From Dehalococcoidia bacterium (GTDB lineage Bacteria > Chloroflexota > Dehalococcoidia > Plut-88900): a stretch of DNA of 64,000 bases. A program made the translations under genes and the position numbers. The notes beneath the pieces were generated by a model that was not told the DNA's origin, ran no database searches, and saw only the letters and a program-made list of their open reading frames with translations. Location of the stretch: assembly GCA_965207225.1 (NCBI GenBank), contig CBDBLV010000002.1, forward strand, positions 96,001-160,000, written 5' to 3'. Each line of letters opens with the position of its first letter. The stretch's first letter is position 1. Shown here one piece after another: positions 54,905 to 64,000 of this stretch.

Positions 54905-56123
54905 CGCCCAGGAGGTCACCCGGGGGATGCGCGAGGCAGCGTCCAGGGGCTTCTGGGTCACCAGCAGGGTGCCCTACGGCTACCGCAAGCTGATGGTGCA
55001 GGACGGGGCCAAGAAGCGGCCCAGGCTGGACCCCGACGAGGACACGGCCCCAGCCGTCAGTCGCATCTTCGACATGGCCGAGGCCCGCAAGGGCATGCTG
55101 GACATCGCCAAGACCCTGAACGACGAGGGATTCGCCAGCCCCGCTGGAAGGCGCTGGTCGAAGACCGTGATCCACAACATGCTCAGAAACGAGGTCTACA
55201 CGGGCACGCTACTCTGGGGCGTCAGCGGCAAGGGCAAGGCCGAGCCGGTCCGGGTGGAGAACGCATTCCCGGGCATCATCTCCAAGGCCCAGTTCCGCCG
55301 CGTGAGCAGGCTCATGCGCTCCCGAGCACCGAAGAAGACGCACCCCCGCCGCGTGGGAAGCACCTACATGCTCAGCGGCCTCGTCAAGTGCAAAGCCTGC
55401 AACCGGGCATTCAGCGGACAGGAGGCCAAGAGCGGCCGGTTCTCCTACTACGTCTGCCAGTCGATCATGAAGCACGGCGCCGGGGCCTGCGACTCCCCCA
55501 GGATCAACGCCAGGCGCTTCGAGGAGATGGTCATTGGCAACATACGCTCCAACATCCTCACGGACAGCAACATCCGAGCCCTGGTGAAGGTCGTGGACGA
55601 GCGGATGGACGGGGTGGCCGCCGAGCAGCGCCAGCGGCTAGAGACTATCGAGGATGAGCTTGAGGACGTGAAGCGGAAGCTGGGTCGCATATGGCACTAC
55701 ATCGAGTCGACCGATACCGTCGAGATGGCGGACGCCTCGGACCGCATCCGGGAGCACAGGGACCGGCAGGCGCGCCTGGAGGCCGCCGCCTCCGAGGCCA
55801 GGGTGGTTCTCTCCGAGCGCAGGGAGTCCCTCGACGACGTGGAAACCATTGCAGCCTACGCCCAGGACATGAGCGAGTTCCTCAAAGAGAGCGAGCTCAC
55901 CGAGCGCAGGTCCTTCATCGAGACCTTCGTCAGGGAGATCGTCATCATGCCCGGAAAGGCTGTCGTCCGGTACACTGTCCCCATGCCGGACGACAGCCGG
56001 ATTCCTGGCGTTAGCGCCGAGGATATGGCGCTGAACGGCTCAGTTCTGTCTACCGTCAAGTCCGGCCCACCAGACTTGATAAAATCAAGAACCTTCCGGT
56101 TGGCCCTGGTACTGGACTTGTAG
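54905..56123 (+). pseudogene. C-terminal part of the LSR gene begun at 26841
   Basis: AQEVTRGMREAASRGFW..PYGY..CKAC..YYVC; lacks the catalytic domain, which lies at 26841-27262. Confidence 0.92.
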
Positions 56124-56448
56124 GGCAATCCTACGGGCGAACCGCCTTGGGGAAGGCACCTCGGCGACGGGCGCACCCAGAGCCCTCTACGCGTACTCGC
56201 TATTCTCTGTTCGCCTTCCTCCACCCGATAGCTGGTGCGAGGCTCGCTCAACAGGTGAGTGAGGTCCGCCTTTTCCTAGTCGGGGCAGAGAGTGCCGAAG
56301 AGGACCGGTACATCTTAGACGGCCACCACTCCACCGACCAGTCGCTTCACGGCAACTTGGCGACCCTTGCCTGCCCATGTCTTGACTTTTGTAGCAGACT
56401 GCATCACACTGTCGCACAATTGCTACATACTGCTGCGAGTGTCCTGAA

Positions 56449-56655
56449 TTGGCCAGAAAGCGACGAACGGTTTCCTATCCCGAAGGGGTTACTCCTGACC
56501 TCGAAGAGTTGCTGAACCGACTTCGCGAGTGCAGGGACGGCCCATACTGGAACAGAAGCCTCAGTGACATCGGGGGAATGGTCCTGCTGAAAGGAGCTCA
56601 GTCGGAGCTAGAAAAATACGGTAACCAGGATCAACAAGGGGGGGCGGAGTCATGA
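56449..56655 (+). CDS. Small putative regulator (RHH-like)
   Basis: 68 aa, ATGA overlap with the methylase gene. Confidence 0.5.
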   Translation: MARKRRTVSYPEGVTPDLEELLNRLRECRDGPYWNRSLSDIGGMVLLKGAQSELEKYGNQDQQGGAES

Positions 56656-59177
56656 CCCTGACTCATGACCAGGTGCTGGAACGTCTAAAGCACGAGTTCC
56701 ATGGTCTCGGTTATGTCGGCGGGCTCCTGCAAGAAGACTATGCATTCGCGGATGTCCTAGCCTCCCACTATGCGGTAAAACGCATCCCACTCGCAGCATT
56801 CGTTCAAGAACCTCCCTCCTACCGAACCGCCTCGTTTGGTGTGGCCGTAGCCAACGGACGGTCTGGGATCGACTCCATCCTTGACCATCGCTCCTTAGGC
56901 GCTCCGCAGATTCTTGAGGTCAACGACGACCGAGTGCTCAGGTGGAAGGTCACAGGAAAGGGTAGGCCTATACTCTTGGATGAAGTAGGTGTGGATAGGC
57001 TCCATGGCTTCTTTACCCAGCACCGTGATGATTGGTCACCCCAACAAGTTCTGCGGGCCAAGTCCGCAGGGCCTGTGGCTACGCAACTCGACTTCCTTGA
57101 CCTAGACTTAATGCCGCTTCTTGACTACGAGGTGCGCACCAAACTTGATGTGCTCTTACGCGACACTGTAGCTTTGGCACGTAGGACATTCCAGAGAAAC
57201 TTGCCGTTCACAGAAAAGCACTATCCTCCGCTGTTCCGTCTGATCTTCAGACTGATTGCCGCTAAAGTGCTAGCAGATCGTCGCTATCAAGGGGACTGGG
57301 ATTTGGCTGATCCCACATCTGCGATAGAGGCTGTGGAGAACTTGTACTTCAGGGACGCAGCTCTGGAACCCGTTCTTCAGGATTATGAAACGCAACTTGC
57401 CGTTTGGCAGCGTATTAAGGAGACCTTCCATTTTCAAAATCTTTCGGTCGATTCTCTTGCCTACGTCTATGAGAATACTCTGGTAACCCAAGAGACTAGA
57501 AAACTGTTTGGGATACATAGTACTCCACCAGAAATCGCCGAGTACATTGTCAGAAGACTTCCGTTCGACAGCTTGGAGACCCATGAGCGCCGTGTCTTTG
57601 AACCCTTCTCTGGTCACTCAGTGTTTCTGGTGGCCGCGATGCAACGAATGCGTGAACTTCTGCCCGGGGAGATGAACTCTCGCCAGCGGCATGATTACTT
57701 TGTTGACATGCTCTCTGGGATCGAGATAGATGACTTTGCCAGAGAAGTCGCCAAACTATCTCTCATGCTAGCCGACTATCCCAATCCCGACGGGTGGAGG
57801 CTGTATGGTGGAGATGCCCTGAGGTCTCCACTATTTGAGCAAGAATTGGCGAAGGCCAACATCGTCCTATGCAACCCACCGTTTGAGATGTTCAGCGAGG
57901 ATGAAAGAGGTCGTTACGACAATCTGTTCTCATTCCGGAAGCCAGCGGAAATCCTAAGTCGTGTGCTTCAGAATCCCCCCGAACTCTTAGGTTTCGTCCT
58001 CCCACGAGTATTCCTGAAGGGGCAGGGATACAGGAAGCTGCGGTCTCAGCTTGGGAATACTTACGCCTCTGTCGAGCTACTGGCCTTGCCAGAGCGTGTC
58101 TTCAAACGCTCGCGTGCCGAGACCGTGTTGTTGCTCTCCTATGGGCGCGGCCAGGGGACCGTGCGCCTAAAGGCAGGGGAGGTATATGAAGGAGACCACA
58201 AGGGCTTCTACTCTATTCAACCGTCGTACGAATTCGAAGAACACGTAGAAGACGCAGGGAAGGTCTTTGGCCATGGCATGTGGCGCCCGCCTCTTCACGA
58301 TGTCTGGCGGGCGACGGCCAACTTGAAGCGCTTGAGCGACATTTCCTCCGTTCATCGTGGCATCGAATATAACTTACCCTTCGGCGGAAACGAATCACAA
58401 CTAGTATCCAATAGGGACTCACCCGGTTTTGTACCGGGAGTCCACAGGGTAAGGGGCACGGTAGAGCCATTTGCCGTTCTCAATACCGTTTTCCTCAACG
58501 CTTCCGTTGACTTCATGCGTGGGTCCGCTTACACACTTCCTTGGGACAAACCGAAGCTCATTGTAAACGCTAGTCGTCAGTCCGTAGGACATTGGAAGAT
58601 TACGGCTTCATTGGACAATGGAGGCCTCGTCTGTTATCAGAACTTTCATGGGGTTTGGCCGAACGACGGCACTCCTTTGGAAGTCCTGGCTGCCGTGCTC
58701 AATGGCCCTGTTGCTAACGCATTTGTGAGCACCCATGGGACTGGTCGGCATGTTACAGTTCAGTCCTTGAAGGGCATCCCAGTCCCCGAGCTTGGCCATA
58801 CACAGCAGCAGCACATATCGTCACTAGTCAAGCAATACTTGAATGCCCGTAGCCTTTGGCTAACTGAAGGGGTCGGTGCAGAGGAAGCACGCCAGCTATG
58901 CACGTGGCTTCTGAAGTCGATAGACGCCGAAGTACTAAGGGCCTACGATCTATCACCTCGCATAGAGCGTATGCTGTTGGATTACTTCGCTGGGCATTCC
59001 CGCCTTGGACCTGTCGAGTTCACGGAGTACTATCCTCGAGGCTTCGGTCCATACATTCCGTGGCACATTTACATTTCAGAGGAATTCAAGGAGGCCCAAG
59101 CCAAGAATACTCTAGACCGACTTCCTGTCATTCCAGCATCGACTATTATCAATGAAGCCCTTTCCTATGTGGAATAG
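56652..59177 (+). CDS. N6-adenine DNA methyltransferase-like protein with C-terminal target-recognition region
   Basis: G.HSTPPEIAEYIV, atypical motif I EPFSGHSVFL, GIEID, CNPPF, GFVLP. Confidence 0.85.
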   Translation: MTLTHDQVLERLKHEFHGLGYVGGLLQEDYAFADVLASHYAVKRIPLAAFVQEPPSYRTASFGVAVANGRSGIDSILDHRSLGAPQILEVNDDRVLRWKVTGKGRPILLDEVGVDRLHGFFTQHRDDWSPQQVLRAKSAGPVATQLDFLDLDLMPLLDYEVRTKLDVLLRDTVALARRTFQRNLPFTEKHYPPLFRLIFRLIAAKVLADRRYQGDWDLADPTSAIEAVENLYFRDAALEPVLQDYETQLAVWQRIKETFHFQNLSVDSLAYVYENTLVTQETRKLFGIHSTPPEIAEYIVRRLPFDSLETHERRVFEPFSGHSVFLVAAMQRMRELLPGEMNSRQRHDYFVDMLSGIEIDDFAREVAKLSLMLADYPNPDGWRLYGGDALRSPLFEQELAKANIVLCNPPFEMFSEDERGRYDNLFSFRKPAEILSRVLQNPPELLGFVLPRVFLKGQGYRKLRSQLGNTYASVELLALPERVFKRSRAETVLLLSYGRGQGTVRLKAGEVYEGDHKGFYSIQPSYEFEEHVEDAGKVFGHGMWRPPLHDVWRATANLKRLSDISSVHRGIEYNLPFGGNESQLVSNRDSPGFVPGVHRVRGTVEPFAVLNTVFLNASVDFMRGSAYTLPWDKPKLIVNASRQSVGHWKITASLDNGGLVCYQNFHGVWPNDGTPLEVLAAVLNGPVANAFVSTHGTGRHVTVQSLKGIPVPELGHTQQQHISSLVKQYLNARSLWLTEGVGAEEARQLCTWLLKSIDAEVLRAYDLSPRIERMLLDYFAGHSRLGPVEFTEYYPRGFGPYIPWHIYISEEFKEAQAKNTLDRLPVIPASTIINEALSYVE

Positions 59178-59190
59178 AAGTTGATGACTC

Positions 59191-59700
59191 ATGACAACGG
59201 AAGGCTATCTCTTAGATACAAACATCGCCAGTTGGGCCTGCCACGAGGGTAGTAAACTTCATGCCAGAGTAAGGGCAAGGGTGGATGGCCTCGGAGATGA
59301 TGTAGCGTTCATTTCAGCAGTTTCCTTAGCTGAAGTTGAATATGGTCTCAATCTTGTCCCCTCAGGCGTTCAAGAGCCAGCTAACTTCAGGCGTGCAATG
59401 GATATGTATCAGGTTCTGCCCATTGACCGCCATACGGCAGAAATCTACGGCAGCATACGAGCAGACCTCTTTAGGGCATACGCACCTAGAGACCGCCGGA
59501 ACAGATTCGCCTCCCGTTACGTAGAGGATCTGCGCGAGCGCACTTCAGGTAAAGAACTTGGTATTCAAGAGAATGACCTGTGGATCGTGAGCGTTGCCGT
59601 CGAGTACAACTTGATTTTCGTTACCGGAGATCGTGGCGGTGGCATGAAGAAGATCGTTGAGGTAGCAGACTACGCTCATCGGACACAGTATTGGAGCTAG
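59191..59700 (+). CDS. PIN-domain (VapC-like) ribonuclease
   Basis: YLLDTNI, SLAEVEYG, ENDLWI..A..LIFVTGD. Confidence 0.9.
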   Translation: MTTEGYLLDTNIASWACHEGSKLHARVRARVDGLGDDVAFISAVSLAEVEYGLNLVPSGVQEPANFRRAMDMYQVLPIDRHTAEIYGSIRADLFRAYAPRDRRNRFASRYVEDLRERTSGKELGIQENDLWIVSVAVEYNLIFVTGDRGGGMKKIVEVADYAHRTQYWS

Positions 59701-61230
59701 GTTGTATGAGAGCATTACCTAACCAAGCAGGCTTAGGGTTTCCTAGCCATTCGAACACAGGTCGACAGGGTTCATAGAGTAAGATGCCACGCCAGACGGA
59801 GCCGAACGCTAACAACGCCCTCGGCGATTTGCTACGAGGCATGATGCCGGGCTGTGAGGTCCGCTCTGAGAACACCCAGACCTTCATCGACCATCCGGGC
59901 CGCCATGCCGATGTGCTAATCGTCGCGCCGGGCCGCTCCCCGGTAGTCGTCGAGGCGGAGTTTGAGCCGGCTGCCGAGGTGGAGAGAGACGCCTCCGAAC
60001 GCTTGGGGCTTCGCGTGCAAGGGCAACCCCGAACGGTCGAGGCAGCCATAGCGCTGCGCTACCCGAAGGCTGTGGAGGACGCCTATAACGTGCGCCAGGC
60101 CCTCTCCGAAGCCCGTCTCTCTTATTACGTCCTGCATCAAGACGGCGGTCGGTTTCCTGAATCTGGATGGCTAGAAGGTTCTGCAACCGACTTGGCTGAC
60201 CTTGCCCGTCTGGTGTCCGTCCCCCAAAGAGCCGTGGAGCAGGCGGCGGACACACTTGAGCAAGGCATTGGGCAGGCCGCCAGCCGTTTGGAGGAAATGG
60301 CCAAGCTACGGCCCAACGTCACCCCTGTTATTGCCCGGCTGTTGGGAATGAGCGATGTTCCCCAGACCCGCCGCATGGCTTGCGCCATCATCGCCAACGC
60401 TATGGTCTTCCACCAGCGCATCGCGGGGATGCACCAAGAGGTGAAACCCCTGCGCCTGGTGTGCGGTCCCAATGTTGCGAACCCCCAAGGCGAGACGTTA
60501 GCGGCCTGGGACGAAATTCTGGAGATCAACTACTGGCCCATCTTTGCCATAGCCAAGGACATCTTGGAGCAGCTTCCCGGAGACGTTGCCACTAGCGCCA
60601 TGCGGGAGTTGCTGGAGACCGCCCAGGAAGTTGAAGCCACTGGCGTCGACAACGCCCACGACCTGACCGGGCGCATCTTCCAACGGCTGATCGCCGACCG
60701 GAAGTATCTGGCTACCTTCTACACCCTTCCAGCCTCGGCCGCGCTGTTGGCCCGGCTGGCTGTGGCAAAGATTGATGGGGTGGACTGGGCCGACGCCGAG
60801 GCCATCGGCAGACTCCGCATCGGGGATTTCGCCTGCGGTACCGGTGCCTTGCTGTCGGCGGTGTACGAGCAGGTTGCTTCCCACCACGAGCGAGCCGGGG
60901 GTGATTCCACGGCCCTGCATCCCGTGATGATCGAGGAAGTCCTGTACGGCTGCGACGTCATGCCCTCGGCCATTCACATCACCGGCTCCACCCTGTCCGG
61001 TATGCGGCCCAACGTGGGATTCAATCAGTCCCGTCTCTACACCATGCCCTATGGAAAGCAGAAGGACAGCACTGTGAAGATAGGTTCCCTGGAGTTGCTC
61101 CAAGCCTCCACGGCCTTGACCTTGTTCAATACCAGCGACCCAGCTCTGCGCACCGGCAGCGTGGGCGAGGAGACTGCTGCCCAGATTAACGTTGACATCC
61201 CGGATGCGAACTTTGATCTGGTGATAATGA

Positions 61231-63626
61231 ATTGAGTAGGAACGGCGCCGCCAATGACCGGATTTCGCCGACGGGTTTGCGCCATTCCTCTCACCGAACC
61301 GGACGTGCCTCTTTCAAGGCATCCGGCTCTCCATTAGACGGTTGGTTGTTGGCTTGGTTGGCTTTCGGCCTTATGGCACGTCCGGCAGAGCGTGACCAAG
61401 TCTTTGAGCGCGTGGGACTTCATGCCTTTGGTGTGGTGGACTTGGAGAGGACTCCGAGCGCCACACTGCTGGCATCTCATCTCGTCGCGCAACTTGGCCT
61501 TTAGTTTCCGTTCGGCGAGTGCGAGAGGTTCGCTGCGGCTACGTCTGCCGCTGCTTGCCCCGATGGTCGCCGTGTAGGTGCGCTCGTCTGGGCCGGTTTC
61601 TCCCTGTGGATGGTCGCTTGTTGCCTCTGCGTGGCCGGACAGGTAGGGATGCGGGAATCCCGCGGCCCCTTTCTGAAGGTAGCGTTGGCGGTCAAGCTCC
61701 TGTCGGGTGGGGAGCCATTGGTACGCTTCCAGCTTGTTATCGCCTTCGCGTTCCTCTGCGTACCAGCGGGTTCTGCCGTGGAGCCGCCTAGTCTTGGCTT
61801 TCATGAGTTGTCCCTTGTGGCTACCCTTATGCTTCTTTAGTAGCCAGTTGAGGTAGCGGAACCATGTGAACCGCGTGATGTCCTCAACGTCTTGCACAAG
61901 GCTGGTGTACCGATAGTATTCGGCCCAGCCCCGCACGATAGCGTTCAGGGTCGTCAGTCGGGTATACTCGTTCATCCAAGTCCAGTTCCTGGAAGTCAGG
62001 GCCTTGAGTTTCCGCTTCACGCGCTCCTTGGCCTTGGCCGTCGGTCGGAGATACACCGCCCACTTTCCTTCGGTCTTCTTGCGCTGGATGTGGAAACCCA
62101 GGAACTGGAAGCCGTCGTTGACGTGGGTGATGACAGTCTTTTCTTCCGATAGCGTTAGGTGGAGTTTGGTCTCCAGAAACCGTTGTATGGCCTGCTTGGT
62201 CGCTTTAACCTCGGCAATGGGGCCATTGCTGACGACCACGAAGTCGTCGGCGTAGCGCACCATTTTGTAATTGCCGAGACCGGCGTACCGTCTCCGGCGT
62301 CGAGCGTTCTGGTCGAGATCCCACTGCGCCGCCGCCCACTGGTCAAACTCGTTGAGGTAGACGTTGGCGAGCAGTGGGGAGATAACCCCTCCCTGTGGCA
62401 CACCGGATTCGGTGCGAGCGAAGAGGCCCTCTTCCATTACGCCCGATTTCAGGAATTTCCAGATTAAGTCCAGAAGCGCCCTGTCCTTCAACCGCCTCCG
62501 CAACAGCTTCATGAGTGTCCTATGATGGACGGTGTCGAAGTAGCTTTGGAGGTCGCCTTCAATCACGTAGTAGTGTTTCACGCTGGTGATGAACATGGGC
62601 ATAAGGACTGCGATAGCGTCCATCGTGCAACGACCTTTGCGGAAGCCGTAGGAGTGCGGATAGAAGTCCGACTCGTAAATCGGGTCGAGGATGGCCCGAA
62701 GTGCTTCCTGCACGATGCGGTCTCGCAGGGCGGGGATGCCCAGCGGGCGCTTCTTGCCATCGTGCTTGGGTATGTAAACTCGCCGGACGGGTTGTGGCTC
62801 GTACGTTTTGCGCTTCAGTTGGTTGATGAGGGCCGTCATTTGACCCTCGTAGTCCTTCTTGAACGCATCCCGTGTCTTGCCGTCCACGCCGTCGGTCTGG
62901 CTACCCGGTCGTGCAAGTACCCTTTCGGCCGCCGTGTGCATCCAGCAATCCCAGTGCAACAGGTCGTACAGGTTGGTGAACCTGTGGTCTGGATGCTCAT
63001 TGGCCGTCTTTGCCAAGAACCTTTGCTTTTCTGCCATCTTTGTCGGGTTCATACACCCCTCCTCTGGCGTAGTTTGCTTGTGTTCTGCACTCGTCTAATT
63101 GCCCTCCTTCGCCATGTGGCCGGCTTTCCCGACCTCGGACTACTACGAGGGCTCTGCCCCACTTTCGGCATTGGCCGCAAGCTAGCCGACCCCGTTGCCG
63201 GGGAGCCGAACGTGGTTCCCAAGTTCACGTAGGTTGTGTCTGCATTCCGCCTTAGGCTCTGCCTTTACGCCTGGCACGGCTCCTTGCCGCGCTCGCCATC
63301 GGGGGACGTCCGGTTGTACGGAGTGCGGCGTCCCTGTCCTAATGAACTTTCCCCGCAGTGGTTAGACGGGTATCCGATGACTCTGCCCTCGCCCTACCGT
63401 GGACGGACAGTCAGCGATTCGACGCTTCAACCAGCAGTTTCTTGTGTAGCCTTAACGGAACTCTGGCTAGGGGTGCACAGCTTGGTAGGGTCGCTGTCGC
63501 CCCGTTGTCGGGAAGGCTTCAAACACGGTTCTGCTTCGGGTCCCCGTGCCTGCTTCCGTAGCCACCGGCCCACTCCTGGCCGGGCTCCACATCTGGAACT
63601 CTCAACCTATGCGCTTCTTGGCGCAC
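61231..63626 (-). mobile_element. Group II intron
   Basis: 5' GUGCG at 63626, domain V GAGCCGGAUGCC..GGCACGUCCGGUUC near 61296-61329, domain VI and 3' end ..CUCAAU; flanks rejoin in frame. Confidence 0.95.
61334..63052 (-). CDS. ltrA: Group II intron-encoded RT/maturase with HNH endonuclease
   Basis: RPLGIP..DRIVQ, SYGFR, GVPQGGVISPLLAN.YL, YADD, FLGF, GWAEYY, CQQC..VHH..LC..CH. Confidence 0.96.
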   Translation of the reverse strand: MNPTKMAEKQRFLAKTANEHPDHRFTNLYDLLHWDCWMHTAAERVLARPGSQTDGVDGKTRDAFKKDYEGQMTALINQLKRKTYEPQPVRRVYIPKHDGKKRPLGIPALRDRIVQEALRAILDPIYESDFYPHSYGFRKGRCTMDAIAVLMPMFITSVKHYYVIEGDLQSYFDTVHHRTLMKLLRRRLKDRALLDLIWKFLKSGVMEEGLFARTESGVPQGGVISPLLANVYLNEFDQWAAAQWDLDQNARRRRRYAGLGNYKMVRYADDFVVVSNGPIAEVKATKQAIQRFLETKLHLTLSEEKTVITHVNDGFQFLGFHIQRKKTEGKWAVYLRPTAKAKERVKRKLKALTSRNWTWMNEYTRLTTLNAIVRGWAEYYRYTSLVQDVEDITRFTWFRYLNWLLKKHKGSHKGQLMKAKTRRLHGRTRWYAEEREGDNKLEAYQWLPTRQELDRQRYLQKGAAGFPHPYLSGHAEATSDHPQGETGPDERTYTATIGASSGRRSRSEPLALAERKLKAKLRDEMRCQQCGARSPLQVHHTKGMKSHALKDLVTLCRTCHKAESQPSQQPTV

Positions 63627-64000
63627 ACCCACCCTTCACCAGGGCAACTAACCATGAAGGCGCCCATGCGGACATTACCAACCCTGCCTTCGCTGCGTTT
63701 GATGCCACTCCTGCTGACCAATCGGAGATGGGAGACCGGATCAACCAGTTAGGGAAAGGCTCCTGCTACCACGGCAATGCTGGAATCGCTTCAGCATTCG
63801 CTGCGCTGGCCGACAAGAAACTCAAGGCCGGTGGAGTCCTTGCCCTGGTCTTGCCCCTGTCGGCAGCTTCGGGCCTATCCTGGCAAGGGTTCAGAGAGAC
63901 GCTGGCCAAGAACTATACCGACCTTACCGTGTTTAGCATAGCGGCCTCGGACAACGACCACATTTCGTTCTCGGCTGACACGGGCATGGCTGAGTGTCTG

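Larger units (their letters stand above)
59784..64000 (+). pseudogene. Fused restriction-modification enzyme (type IIG-like), interrupted by antisense group II intron; runs off window end
   Basis: ADVL..VVVEAE, ATFYT, DFACGTG; joining 61230 to 63627 gives DLVIMNPPFTRATNHEG..GNAG.ASAF..LVLP..FSADTGMAECL. Confidence 0.9.

Noticed and set aside
61334-63052. Retron, DGR or defence-associated RT
   Set aside because: Maturase and HNH domains, GUGCG start and domain V/VI identify a group II intron

Overview
High-GC bacterial accessory region with no housekeeping genes, made of stacked and nested integrative elements that carry defence cargo. The surface proteins (FN3/LRR, PT-repeat lipoproteins) suggest a host-associated Chloroflexota-like organism, which is inference only. 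Left part: two paralogous large serine recombinases (LSRs) and a minus-strand defence cluster. The cluster holds an orphan CdnE-like CD-NTase operon, an AbiE-like pair, and a sigma factor / HTH protein / ImmA-IrrE-peptidase-UvrD-helicase trio directly upstream of a complete Bil (ISG15-like Ubl, E2, JAB, E1) system. The same bipartite motif, TTTCCGGTCTG-N12-CGATT, precedes both the sigma gene and bilA. This suggests a dedicated protease-gated sigma circuit controlling bacterial ubiquitination and is the best candidate for an undescribed system. Middle: a third LSR gene is split inside its conserved FYSENL|AQE motif by a 27.6-kb element (27263-54904, CT core). That element's own integrase changes its C-terminus on integration. 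Its cargo includes HicAB, IS630, IS1182, a 4xHTH protein, a NotI-like/Dam-like RM pair, Hen1-Pnkp bounded by a 27-bp direct repeat, and a multiheme cytochrome cluster. Right part: an N6-methylase + PIN pair, and a fused RM gene interrupted in its NPPF catalytic motif by an antisense group II intron.
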